A stretch of DNA of 64,000 bases, from NCBI GenBank assembly GCA_000708835.1, contig DF237344.1, positions 22,648-86,647 on the forward strand. The letters run 5' to 3'. This document shows positions 26,218 to 39,325 of the stretch, piece after piece; position 1 is the stretch's first letter; every line of letters begins with the position of its first letter. Both the position numbers and the translations under genes were made by a program. The DNA comes from Klebsormidium nitens. Taxonomy: Eukaryota > Plantae > Klebsormidiophyceae. The notes under the pieces are model-generated. The model was not told the origin of the DNA, made no database searches, and was given only the letters and a program-made list of their open reading frames with translations.

Positions 26218-29200
26218 TCATTTCCTCGCTCTCATGGCTCTCAAAAAAGCGATCGCAGCTAGAGGTCCAACGATGCCCAGGGCCGCCAGCGCCACTGCAG
26301 AGACCTCTCTCCCCTCCTGCTCAGGGTTGGGCTGCTTATCCAGTTGAAGCGCCTCCAGCTTCTTCTCGTACTGCGTCGGCACGTGCCCTTCAGGCCCCTG
26401 CCTAAGAGCACCGAAAGACGGGATATAAGTCCATTGTGCAAGAAAGATAGTCGAAGAAGCAGAATAACCTTTGATTTTATCAAACTCCGATGGGCGAGAA
26501 TGGGCGAGAAAGTCGTCACTCTAAAGCAATCGGATGAACTGACTCTTCAAGAAGCGGGTTACCTCGACCCAATCGCGTGGGTGATGGTCCCTTATGAGAT
26601 TTCGCGTTTTAATAGGCTGCTGTCATAATGGATTCTCCCCTCAATCACACACTTGGGACGGCACCCGATGATCTGCAATCAATACTGATACAGCAACAGT
26701 GCTTCTGATATTTCACGAGATTCTTACGGACGTCATGGGTAGACTCTACTGCAACGACGTTCCTATAGTAGAGCTCTGAAACACCCACCTTCCTGTCGGA
26801 TGCCGCCCGCTCGAAATTCCTCTCTGTCTGATCCGCAGCGTCGCCTGCCCTCTTCACTCCCTTGGCAATCGCCTCCGCGCCCTTGTCGCTTCCACGCTGG
26901 ATGCCCTCTCCCACCCTGAAGAAAGGTTACCAGCTTTCAAAGATCGAATAGCAACGACCGGAGTAGAGCCAAATGCGGACACTTCAGGATAAGTCGAAAA
27001 TTTTGCAGACGAACGAAATGCAACGACGAACACTTGTAGGACTTAACGGTCTTTGAAAAGGGAATTGCACAAGTGCCGATGAGTCCGCTTTTTAAGCACC
27101 TTAGAACGCAATATGCTTGAAGTATAGCCAAAGACAGAGACAAGAAGGGCGGAGATTTGGCTCGGGAAAGGCTAGTTGTGCCGGAAGCCTAGGCTAACAC
27201 GTTTTCTCAGCATGCGAAGTGCTCGTTGTAGCAGAGAAGACGAGCCAACCTCAAACTCCGTTATATACCTCTACATTAAGATTGAGCGATTATTACAAAA
27301 CTCAGGGCGACCTTTGGCTCTCAAATCAAAGCAAAGATTGGCTTTGTTAGGGTAGAATTCCGCGATTTCCTACGTATCGACCACATTGTAACGCCACAAT
27401 CGAGGAGGGATCATTGACAAAATACTCTGAGACAAACCAGTAACCACCCACCTCTCTCCGGCGTTCCTGGTGGCCTCCTTTGCCGCCCGCGCATACTCTC
27501 CTGCACGCGTAGCCACCGCATCCGCCTCCTCGTTCACTCCACGCTTCAGACGCTCGTACCCCTCCTTCAAATCCCGATCAGCCGCGTCGAACTTGGCCCT
27601 CGACTCGGGGTCCAGTTTCTCTTCCTTCTTATCCCCGCCCAACCAGTTGAACCACCCCTTCGCCTCCTCCTTCCCCTGTGCGTACTCCCGCCGGCCCTCG
27701 TCTCTCGCCCCGCGCACCGCCCCCCTGGCGCGATCGGCAGTCTCCTCAGCACTGTCTCCGGCACGTCGCACCGCCCCCCGGGTGCGGTCGGCGGTTTCCT
27801 CGGCACGGTCCCCGGCGCCCCGGAACGCCCGCTCCGTCCGCTCTTTGGCCGACTCGTACGTCTCCCGCGCGTCCTCCTTGGTCTCGCGCCACCCGCGCTC
27901 GACCGAGCGCTTCGCGTCCTCCGCACGTCTGCTGACGTCGTCGATGCCGCGGCTGACGTCATCCTTGGCCCGGCCGTACTGCTCGCGCGCCTTGTCCTCC
28001 CCTTCCTCCACCTTGTTCTTGCCCCACCCCAGCCACGAGTTCGCCGCCTCCTTCGTCTTGTCGGCCGCCTCCCGGGTCTTCTCTCTCGGCTCCTCAGTGT
28101 CTCTCTTAACCGCGTCAACTCGGCCGCTAACCTTGTCCCTCACTTGGTCGTGCGTCCCCTGCGCATCCTCCTTAATCTCCTCGTAACCCTCCTTGACCCG
28201 CTCCTCCCCTTCGCGCACCTTGCCCTTGCCCCACCCCAGCCACGACCCCGCCGCGTCCGTAGCCTCACGCGCCTTCCCGCTGACGTCATCCCGGCCCCTG
28301 TTGATGTCATTGCGGGCCCGATTGACGTCATCCCTGACGTCGTCGGCTTTGTCCTTGGCGCGGCCGATCACGCGGTCGTAGACGTCCTCGGTTTTGTGAG
28401 CCACCTCCCCGATCGCGCTCTTGGTCTTCTCCTTGGCAGTCTCGAGGCCGTGCTCGATGGAGCGGTCCGCCTCCTCGACCTTCTCCTTCGTCCAGCCCAA
28501 CCAGCTCTTACCTGGAGAGGGAAAAAAGTAGGGTTTAAAGTCTGAAGTTGGTACCATCATTTTCGTAAGCACAGGAGGTGCTTAAAAGTTAGGCTTGAGC
28601 TCCGGCGAGTCGAAACTCGCTGCAAGCAAGATATAGGGAAGGATTTCGGGGAAGGAGGCTTGCAGAAACTTGCAGAACGGGATTACATTAGCGTAACCGG
28701 GAAGCACCTTGCAAACACTGATGGAGAAAACTCGTCTACGTTTCCGTTTTCAACAAAGAAGGATACAAGACACGGAATTCCAAATGAGCACGAACATACA
28801 CCTCTAGCTGTCATCTCGTCTCATAAATTTAGGGGCGCTTTTCCCTCCTGACATGGTTTCGTCAGGTTTGCTGCAGTGCCTGGACTCCCAACTGACGTTG
28901 AAACATCACACAAAGCCAGCACAGATGTTTTCCAATTTTGGAGAGCCGCACTAGCAACAACAAATGACTCTAAATAATAACTGTGCTGCAAGAAATTGGA
29001 TGAAGGCTGCCCTGGAGATGCTCTTGGAACGGGAAACAAAAGTGGACTCAAAATTAACTTGACATTCACCAAGGAAGGAAGAACAAACAATGGTCAACGC
29101 CACACCGAATGTAGTGCCAATCGACCAGACCTACCCTTCGTTGAGAAGCTTTCATTCCTCGAGTGTGTCAACATGTAAACCTATGTCCAACAAAGCAGCA

Positions 29201-31195
29201 GAAGTTGATCTCACCGCTCTCCTCAGCCCTGCGCGTGGCATCACGTGTGGCCTCCCTCCCTTCATCCACCTTCCTCTGACCCTCCTGAGCTGTGCGGTCC
29301 ACATACTCCTGCAGCCTGTCACTGGCAGCCCTGGCACCGGTGGGAATGGGGGGGCGACCATCGTGTCTGTCCTGGTACCCCTGGAAAAGGTGGAAGAGTT
29401 TTGGAAATTAGTTACTTACGTTTTGAGAAATCCTTGATAACAGCACGTTTGGACAAGATGCAAAAGCTTGCAGGTTAGTAGCTTGTGTTTTGTGGACGCT
29501 CACAAAGAATCCCCTGGGGAGATTATGCACCTGGAATGATCCTTGCTCAGAAGAAGGGACCAAAGCAACGTTGCTCATGGAGGAGCAGGTCAGATAATGC
29601 GGTCTGGCAGCCTTGCACGGAGATAGACATCACATTTCTGACAAACTATAGGAGGTCATGATAGAGCTACACCTTGGAAGTGGAAAATTGTGTCAAAAGA
29701 ATGGGTTACGTATGACAAGGGAAGCCACTGGAGCAACTTCTGGCAGACTCAACTGCACTCACAGTGTTGATTGTAGGACACAACACAAAATCCTTTCAAT
29801 CCTAAAGAGTTTATTTAACTTTTTCGAGTGCTTGATTCAAGTCAAAGTTGACCATTATGGAGAAGATGATCATCAGCATCAATTGACATCCTGGTTAATT
29901 TAGTCAATCAGACGAGAACCAAGCCTGCTTGCTGTCTTACCTGGAGTGCAGGTGTATCAGATCCAGCTCCATACTTCTGAGCATCAGGGGTGGTCTTTGT
30001 CCTCAAGACTCTCTTTGCATCCTCGCCAATTTCCTTGCTCTCTGCTTCCCACTGACGGCCCGTCTTTACAACAGCGTCACGCGCAGTCTCCTTGAACTCC
30101 TCAACCTTCTCCCTGAAGCGCTCTCCCATCTTCTGGGTGGCCTCTTGTTGCCTGCACGACATTGAGGATTGCATGATTCGAAGCACCATCCTAAGCGTTT
30201 AGCTTAAATCTCACCATCATTGACCATCTGTAGCGTTGCTCAAAAATGGACTTGCTAGTTCCTTTACTGACAATGCATTCGCTTCTTTTCAAAACTCACA
30301 ACCGCACTCGCATTCTCCATATAAGATAAATGCATGAAGAGACAGCTAAAGTAGCTGGCTAGATGTGAAAATCACCCTGGTGAGTTGAACAACACGTCAT
30401 GCTCAACATCCAACTTCCACATTTTTTTTCCCTCGATATGACTTACATGAAATGACCAAGTTGGCCAACTTTAGGATGCAATGAATGACATGCTACAGCT
30501 ACACAGCTTTGTGCCACCATCCTTTTTGAAATATTGCATGCACTGAAGTCTCACATCACTGCCTTTCTAAAGCAACCCCCTACTATGGCCTGTGACAAAA
30601 ATCTGTTCCTGGTGTGATATGGCAGAAAACCTGAAGGTTGTGTGATATTGCAACATCACCTCAGGTTTGTAAGAAAGCTTAAACTCACTTAAAGGCAAAA
30701 ACGCAACCTGAAATGCATGATGTGCATGCGAGCACAACAGGTCGTAAACCATGGCAGCTTAACTTGCCAAGAGTAGGGGACGTCTGCTAACAGTTCAACC
30801 TGTTCCTTCTTTTCAATGAAAATATAAGCTTCATTGAACAATACCAGCAGCAATGCTGATAGGTTAACCAACTGCATTTTCCTTTTCAGAACGTTGAGTA
30901 CTCACTCTCTGGGGATGTCGTCGCTCTGCATGTGAGACGGAAGCCCTGCTCCCATCCCAGTCTTCTCCGAACCATACCTTCCGCGGGCCCTCTGAAACTC
31001 CTGATACTGTGCTCTGTCCCACTCATTCCTCACACGAGCTCTGTCATCCCGTCTCGCGTTCCAAGTCCAGAATGGATCGCCAGTGACCTTCCGCACCTTC
31101 TCCTCATACATGCGAATCTTCACCTCGTCTGGAGGGTTTCCCTCTTCAAAGGACGGTGGACGAGACGCTGACGGCACGGATTGCTGCTGCCCCAT
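26218..31195 (-). CDS. LEA-like hydrophilic repeat protein with an N-myristoylation motif and C-terminal hydrophobic anchor; about 653 aa, 6 exons
   Basis: Exons 31195-30906, 30151-29941, 29308-29215, 28511-27452, 26915-26789 and 26397-26218 are phase-consistent. The body is A/E/K/R/D-rich amphipathic repeats typical of group-3 LEA or CsbD-like proteins. It starts MGQQQS and ends VSAVALAALGIVGPLAAIAFLRAMRARK*. Confidence 0.8.
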
Positions 31196-31440
31196 GATGA
31201 CAGGCGTTGATGCTCGTCTCGAGGAACAATTGAGAGGCGACTAACGATAAGTTTGTCTCCTGAAAGAGGTCTGCTAACGTTGACTAAGTTACAGCACACC
31301 AATTGCTGAACCCTTCGCAGGATTTGCTCTGCAATGTGCTGTAGATCCTTCTCTCAAATGGAGAAATGCTGCCGAAGTTTTGCGCCATTGCCAGCTCTGC
31401 AACTTTCCGCCCTGAGCCAAGCTGCCAGATGGCACGTCCT

Positions 31441-31490
31441 CGTGACACGTGGCATTAAGTCGCGCGCTTGCGATCGTTCCACGTGTCACG
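31441..31490. promoter_or_regulatory. Two ABRE/G-box elements forming a 12-bp inverted repeat in the LEA/PP2C divergent promoter
   Basis: cgtgacacgtgg(c) at 31441-31453 and ccacgtgtcacg at 31479-31490 are exact reverse complements. Further ACGT cores lie near 31434 and 31647, and a CCAAT near 31663. Confidence 0.65.
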
Positions 31491-32144
31491 GGGAATCTGC
31501 CCGGTGAGAATCAACTTTTTCCGACGATGCAAAGCGGCGAAGTCGACCGGGCGCTTTCAGAAGCCAGGCGCACGCCCTTCCCGAGGTATCTAAAGCCCGG
31601 AGGATAGTCTACCGGGTGAGGGTTCGGGGGACAGATTGATGGGGCACGTCACCGCGGTTTAGCCAATCAGGGACAGCTGGAATCCCAACAGATCATGCAG
31701 TGTGAATACGCGAAGGCTTTTTCAGGGTTCCCCGCACTTTTTGGGTCACGAGGTACAAACCACACTCCAACCAGGATTTATATCTCGCATCTCTGACACT
31801 GCTTGTGCTTGTTTTCCGGCTTCTTTGTTACAAAATTCTAGAAGTGTGTCAAGGCTCCTCGACGATACGGTTGGGAAACAGTCTGGAAGGTTTCGTTGAC
31901 AACCTGGCTGGAAGTTGAATGATGAAGCAACTTTGGCGAAGGAAGCGAGAAAGGGCGCTATCTTTCTAGCTAAGCTAGGGCAAAGCTTGGCGCAAAGCAC
32001 ATGCTGAACAGCATCAAAAACTGGTAAAGCCAAGTGGAAAAGTGTGGCTACCAAGCAAGAAAAAGGAGGAAAAGTGCAAATTGGATTTATTGTATGACCG
32101 ACAAAAACCAGGGGCAGCCGCTTTGCTGGAATAGATGGGCAAGC

Positions 32145-35100
32145 ATGGTTCCTGACACTGACGCCCTGTCAGACCAGCCGTCAGAATTCACTCCAGGGAT
32201 CGTAACCACAGAGACAAGCCCCTTTGCCGTAATCAAAAGGCAGGTCCGCTCAAGTCTGCTCTCATCAGGAGCTTTACCAACAGGGGGCATTCACTCAAGC
32301 GGGGGCGCACTTTCGGGGCCAACTACAAAGACTTTAGTGAAAGATTTCCAAATCGGCATCGTTGCTGAACCCCGGTGGGAGGTGCGTGAGCCGGAGATCA
32401 TCGTGATTGAGGACTTTGAGGATGGGGCCGCGCCTCCGCTGACATCAAAGATGACATCAGCGGGCACGTCGCTGGAGGTTGGGTCTGGTAATGGGACCAG
32501 ACAACAGTATGGGATGCAGGATGGAGGAAGCAGCGCAGACTTGCGAGCGGGGCCCTACAGAGCTGGCTGTTTACCAGATGGAACAGCTGCAGAAGTGGAA
32601 GACCTTTCACCTCAGCCAATTGCAGGGCCCCAGGACACGGTTGAGAGACTTTTGGAAGCGGCGCGCGTGCTCGAGCGCGCTTTCTCTGGGATGGGGGACG
32701 GCGACGCGCGGTGCATTGATGGGAGAATACAGGGCCCACAGCTGTCTGACCCGGTCGTCGTTCACAGCTCAGGTGGTTTGGTTAACCCAGAGGGGTTTAT
32801 AGGGTTTGGGGTTGCTTTGGGCAAGCCGGGAGGTTTGGAGCCTTCGATGACGTTAAGCCGGGGCGTTCTGGAGCGGTTGCAGCGGGGCGACGATGACATC
32901 AGCTCGGGGACGAGCGGCATCGGCACTCCCAGCTCAGGAGAGTCAGAACCAGAGCTCGAACCACTCTCTGCCGGCCCCGCCCCTTCCTACCAGCTGCCCA
33001 GCACGCTAGGCGCGGGCGCCGTAAACCCTAACCGCCCCCCCGCTAAGCTGCGCCACGCGAGCGCCCCCGCATTCTCGATCGCTTCCAACTTCAGAGCAGG
33101 AGCGGTGTTTGCTCAGGCGAGTGTCGGTGAGGGGCCGGAATCGGAGGAGCGTGTTGCGAGCGGGGCAGCCGCGTCTAGTTCTGTGGAAGCGGGAGGGCAT
33201 GTTCATGCGCCGTGGCGGCCGCGTCGGCCCCCCCGCCCATCTTCTGCCACAGTTACCAGGAGTCAGAGCCTGCGAGTGCTCAGTGATACGTCTAGTGATT
33301 CGGGCCAAGTGAGTGGGCAGCCAATCCTAGTTGTACCTTTGGGTTGGCCAGCTTGTGTTGCTGAACGGCCCTCGTAGGTCGGCCGGTTCTGACAAACGCG
33401 CTGAGTCAGTTCTTGGCAGAGTTTTCAGAATCTGGTGAAGGTTCTGGTTTGCGGCGAAGCGTCTCTTTATCATCTGAAAGCTTTTGGTGTGTTATTTTAT
33501 CTGGAATACAGTTTTAGCTCCAGAGCTTCTGCAGGGTTGCCGCAGGGGTCTCTGTTGCGGCATGCAAAAGGATTAGCTTGGTCCTTGCAGCTCAATCAAG
33601 CGTCTGTAGGGCTTGAGAATTCCAGCAGCCGGCCTCATAGTTCCACAGCTGTGGTTGAATACTTGGAGCTCTTTCATTTTTGCACGTTTAGAGGGCCTTG
33701 TGATCACTTTCGCAAGCAAGGGAAAGAGCTAATCTGGGCTTGTTTGGCACTTGCATGTGTTGATTTCTTTCAACTCTTTGCTTCTTCTATGTCTTGAAAG
33801 TCAAGGACCTACCGAGGGATGCTGGTGCTATGAAAGAGGCCATCAAGCTTCTCGCTTGGGAGCTGAGTTTCACTGGTTGTGCTGTGAATAGGGGGTGGTG
33901 CTTCATTGAGCTCTTTTTTGTGCACTTGGCCTGCTTTAGAAGTCCCCATCGTCAATGCCCCTAAGATTTGATTGTGGCTGCCTTTGGTAACCTGTTGATT
34001 CTGGAAGCTGAGTAAGCCGTGCTAGATTGGAAATGGCCACTTTTTTCGGCAGTGCTTGCAATTATGTGAGAATTGCTTTTTATGATGTGACTTTTCTTCA
34101 CATCATAAGTTTAATTCAGTTTACTTCTACTTGTCCTTGAGGGCTTAGAGGGTTGGTCATGAAGATTACAAACACCGTTCACTTCCTTCTTACGCTTCGG
34201 TCTTGTATCAAGTTCCAAGTTGTGGATTGCATTGTCTTGTATCGTGTGGTTTGCAATTCCCTCTTTACACATGCCTTCAGATTTTTCATGACAGTTTCCA
34301 AAACATATGGGGCCCTTCTGTGATTAACTTGGATCTGGCAAAACTTTGATTGAACAAGATTCACAGTACTCTGATAGTCACTTCATTTAAGCAACCAGGT
34401 ATACAAAACTGACCGATCTGCTTCTCCTTTCCTCTCTAGAACTCCCCCAACCCGGAAACTTTCGGCGGCTTCGACGAGCTCCGTGAGGCGTCCCTCTCCC
34501 CGGACATTCCACCCTTGTCTCCAACCCCGCCCTCATACATTCCCTCGGTCCGTTCTGGCGCCTTCGCCAGCATCGGCTCCCGGCCCCAGATGGAAGACGC
34601 GCACCTCACCCTCAATGACATCAGCGAGCTGCTAGGATCGCGCCACCTGGCGCCCTCAGGGCCAGCCGCATTCTTTGGCGTGTTTGACGGGCATGGCGGC
34701 CGGGACGCGGCAGACTATGCCGAGAAGCACTTGCTGGAGAATTTGTTGGGGGATGGGGGGTTTCCGGGAGACGTGCACGGGGCGCTTGTGCGGTCGTTTC
34801 TGCAGACGGACAAGGGGTTCCACCGCGCGTGTCTGGATGAGAAGGTCGAGCACTCGGGGACGACGGCTCTCACAGCGCTCGTTTTTGGGAGGTGAGCAGG
34901 ATTGCGCCATCAAGGAGTTTGACTATGGCCTCTTCAAGACGGACTTGCGGAGGGTTCCTGATGTATTGCTTGTTCTTTAGAGAGACAAAAGTCACTGGAA
35001 AAGCAGTTCTGCGGACCTGGTTGTTGAGGGTTTCGAAGCGAGGAAGAACCGCTCAGTAGGCAGATGCTGAAAAATGGCTGGAGTCTCGATTTCTAAGTCC

Positions 35101-36352
35101 GGGCTTGTACTTCAACCTTCCGCTGCAGAACGCCTTTGTCAAATGGCAAGCACGTGCAGTCTACCCCTTGCAATCGTCACATGCTCACATGCATCAAATG
35201 TGTAGACGCAGAGCAGACGTTCCGTCTTTTGAAACTCACAGCAAAATCTGAGGCCGACCTCCTCTAAAGTCTTTTTCTTGAGAAGCTAGTAGCCTGCTGT
35301 CTATCCACGAATTGCAGATAGGAGGTCAACTTCCCCTCCGACGTATATTACCAGACAGAGATTGACTCTGGTCTTCTCTCATTGGTTGCAGGACGTTGGT
35401 GGTTGCAAACGCGGGTGACTGCCGTGCGGTGCTGTGCCAGAAGGGGCGGACGGTTGAGATGTCGCGGGACCAGAAGCCAGGGTGTGAGGTCGAGAGAAAA
35501 CGAATCATTGCAAAGGGGGGATACGTGGAGGACGGGTATTTGAACGGGCAACTAGGCGTGGCTCGCGCGATCGGGAACTGGCACATGGAGGACTTCAAAG
35601 TGAAGGGACAGCTGACGGCGGAGCCGGAAGTGAAGGTGAGGTCGGGTTCTGGATAGGGTTCGAAATTGAGTTCGGTGGGGTTGAACACATTTTCCTTTTC
35701 CATGTTTCGCCATCTTAAGAGACTCTATGAGGATGTCGAAAACCACGTAGTTTCGGATTGTACTGGATGTAGCATACGAAAAGTGACGGGCTATGGCAAG
35801 GAACAGGTCGTTCTTTCTGCACACGCGTTTGCTAATTTGAAATCTTGTTTGTTCCGCTTGCATCATACAGCAAATGTACAACCCCTGCTTTCAGTTGCGC
35901 GAGCCAGATTGAGTCTTGCTTATCTTGTCGTAGCCATCATTGAGCTTAATGAGCTTGGCCGTGTCTTACTTGGACCCTTACATTCCTCAGCACTGCCAAG
36001 CAGGTTCGGATGTTGACGCCCCCCCCTCGTTTGTAACTAGGTGTGGGAGCTGGGCCACGAGGACGAGTTCCTGATTTTGGGCTGCGACGGACTATGGGAC
36101 GTCATCAGCAGCCGCATGGCCGTCGATTTGGCGCGGAAACGGTTGCAGCAGCACAACGATCCCGTGCGCTGCTCGCAAGAACTGGTGGAAGAGGCGCTCA
36201 AGCGGCAGACGAGCGACAACGTCACGGTGGTAACGATCTGTTTCCAGAGGGATCCCCCTCCGCGGCTGACCACGGCGGCGCCGGTGGGCGTGCGGCGGAG
36301 CATATCGGTCGACAGTCTGCGCGCGCTCCAGGAGAAGCTCGACAGGTGTTGA
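32145..36352 (+). CDS. Protein phosphatase 2C (plant clade-G/DBP1-like) with a long disordered N-terminus; about 723 aa
   Basis: Exons ~32145-33308 (start uncertain), 34440-34891, 35392-35635 and 36041-36352. Motifs: IGSRPQMED, FFGVFDGHGG, SGTTALT, VANAGDCRAVL, GYLNGQLGVARAIG, EFLILGCDGLWD, QHNDPVRCSQELVEEAL and SDNVTV. Confidence 0.92.
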
Positions 36353-38234
36353 CGCTGAAGAGGGGGACACGTGGCAGAAGAAATGGTGCACCACATGGCT
36401 ATTTGGGGGGGAGGGGGTCTTGGGGGGTGGACAAATGGCACTAGGATAGGATAGAGAGTTCAGAATGGAGCTTGAGGACGGTTTCTAAAGAGAACTTGAC
36501 GTTTGACACTTCGAAAACAAGCTTACAATCAGTCGAGGACAGGTTTTGATCAAGGGCAGGTTTTTAAGTCTGGGATGGGGTTCCGATCAAGGTCGATCAG
36601 AGGGTGGGGTTTAGGGCAGGTTTGACGAGCAAAGTGAGTGTAAAGTTTGGCGTCAGGAAGTGACACATCTGTACATGGTAGTGATTGCTGCTACAGGTCT
36701 TTTGAGATAGAGTTTCTTGTGAGTTGAATCCTAGTTCAGAAGCAAGTATACATCAAGGGAAAGCAGACGCTTGGACCCTCCTTCAATCGAGCCTAGCTAG
36801 GCACGTATTGTATTCTGAGACATGAAGGAGACTGTTAATCGGACATCTGTCCACAAAGGTCGTTTCATCAAATTTGTATCGAGTTGGAATCATGTAATTT
36901 GAATGGACCAGGATTCACATGAGCGTGAATTTGGCATCCCAACAACCACGTTTTATATGTCTAATTACAGATGATCGATATCATTCGGCATGTGTACGAT
37001 CACTTACATGATGTATTTATAAAACGATACAACCCATGCAATCGTTTATTTTTAACGCATTGAATGTGGCTCATGTCATCCGACGGAACTGCTGCTGGGT
37101 GCAATTGCCTTGTCACAGTCGATGGCGCATGGGCTTTGGAAGTAGCGCCCTTGCGATCTCGTGCGTTCTGGCAACATATGAACTGGCACATGTCGATGAC
37201 GGTGTCGATCGTCACTTAGTAAGCCTTGTATGATCATTGACTGTGACGTAGCTGGACAATCAAGTGGTCTAGCACGGTCGACGCGCCCTCCATGGGCCAA
37301 TGCATGACGAATATCTGCAATTTCAGATTGACGGTCCACATGCTGGACGTTGGATCATACTTGCTTTTTGTCGGAGAACAAATGATTCACGCAGTTCATC
37401 TGATCCTTTCTGGAGCTATCGCGGAATAAACGCGCATTTTTCGGTGGCTGGCCTGATCAGAAGAAGCTGGCAGCCCCAATGTGACAAACTCGTACATCGA
37501 GTTTTGGAGCTATCTCTTGAAAAGTTCAACTGGATTCAGTGTTCTAGCCGCCCCTTTCTGGGCACCAATTCGCAGGAAAGCCGTCCAGGTACTCACATTT
37601 CTTTTCACGGCCTTGCAAGATCGAGGTTCCTGGAGCGATGAATTACGAGCAAGCCACTTATGTCCGCTCAAACTGGACACGATCCACCAGGATCTCGCCA
37701 AAGATTGTGGAAAGCCGCTTATGCGACTCAGCTCTTCAATCTTCATCACGCAGGGCCTGCAATCCATTGGTTTGAAGGGCAGTAGCAAAAGCCCAACGTT
37801 CGACGATGATGCAGCCAGGATCTCCGCAAGTCGCATCCCAGACCCCGGAATGAAGTTGTTTTAGGCTCAGCAGCCAATATCTACGGTTGCAAACGACTGT
37901 TAATGGTAGCAGCAAACTGAACGTCCGGAAAGGAAGTACCTATATGGAAACATTCAGGTTTCATTGTTCTGGCAGATGTCACCCTATAGCTGTACAAGCT
38001 CGTTCTGAGGTCGTCTCAAGGAGCAAACAGGACCTCGTGAGCCCACACTCCTGGCGGGCGCTTATGGCTTTTACATACACAAACTGTAATCAAACATAGC
38101 AATTTCGTCTTTTCTTGGCTGTTTTGCTGGACGTCAGGAGTTTTGAACGGCAGGAGTATTGTAGCCCCGTCCCCTGGAAAACGAACAGGTGTAACGAACT
38201 GCGCCAGTTAGGGCGTCCTCAAGGCCACGTGTCT

Positions 38235-39325
38235 TCAGTTGAAGGCTTCCTGTGGCTTGGACCACATGCTCGACACGTGTCCCCCAAGAAGCAGAATGGG
38301 CGTCACCCGGCCCCAGATCCGCATGTTCTCGTTGAAGAGGTACTGCACACGAAGAGCGAAAACTTCATGTTCCAGGGGGTGGTTCCACGAGCCGGTTTTG
38401 CAAACCCTCTAGAAGATGACCGGACATCCCGTGAGCTTTGAGCGTGACAAGAAGGCTTCTGAGAGATAACCGCAGGCCATAATTCCGTTCCACTCGTCAG
38501 CTGTCCAATCTGAACCGTTGGTTGCGGGCCAGAACTTCCGTTCCGCTCGCTAGAATCTGGATCCGCCCGCGGCCCGTAGGAGAGAAAAGCCGGACAAAAC
38601 GTCGTCATGCTCTCGGAGTCCATGCTAGACAGAACAAACAGAACGATACCTCGAAGCAGCTTCAATCCGGACCAGTTCCCACGTCGCCTGCGCCACAGAG
38701 TCCTTCCCGAGGCCAACCCTTTCAAGCATTCAGCTTGAAGTATTGACGTTCTCTCAGTTTAGCCAATCGCGAGGCATATCACGTCTTCCTATCTGATGAA
38801 CCTCGATAAGAATAGGTTCTTACCCTCGCCTGCGCCAAAAACCTCTTCCCTAGGCCCACCATTGCAATCTTTGCAAGCCCTTGAGATTCAAGCACGTTCG
38901 TTCACTCCCCCAAAATCGCGACCCAAGTTGGAGCATTTACCTGATAATCGTCTGCATGGGTTCTTACCTTTGCCTGCGCCACAAACTGTTTTCCAAGGCC
39001 AACTTTTTCGGCCCCTTCCCCAATTGCCGCGACCGCCCTCTTGAGCTGCGTGACCGCCACGTGCACCTCCCCCGTGCGCCGCTCACGTCCGTCGATCACT
39101 CGGACCTCGGAACGCTCCTCGTCAGCATGACGTAAGCGCCCCGTCGATCGGTCCCGGAAAGAAGAAGGCCTGCCTCCGTGGAAGCGACCGGGGCGGGTTG
39201 CGCGGTCGACCGGGCCCGTGCGGCGGCCGTATTGGTGCCTGGGGGACGCTTCAATCCGGTGAGCCTTCAATTCCGATTTCGAGACCGGTCTTCCCAGTCG
39301 TGCTGTAAAATCAATGCAGATGCCT
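38235..39325 (-). CDS. Unknown protein-coding gene or gene relic (last two exons seen)
   Basis: A GC3-rich frame ...EVRVIDGRERRTGEVHVAVTQLKRAVAAIGEGAEKVGLGKQFVAQAK ends at the donor AAG|gtaag (38968). It splices in phase to tgcag|YLFNENMRIWGRVTPILLLGGHVSSMWSKPQEAFN* (38342-38235). A nearby duplicate of the exon end conserves the amino acids. The 5' end is unresolved. Confidence 0.45.

Noticed and set aside
35468-35582. PP2C motif variants DQKP (usually DHKP) and AIGNW (usually ALGDW)
   Set aside because: All metal-binding Asp motifs (MED, DGH, DG, DN and the D of DxKP) are intact, and I recall GNW variants in related plant PP2Cs. This is not good evidence of a pseudophosphatase.
39100-39160. 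TGC-TGA in a minus frame (possible Cys-Sec)
   Set aside because: A second stop follows within about ten codons, and no SECIS-like hairpin is evident.
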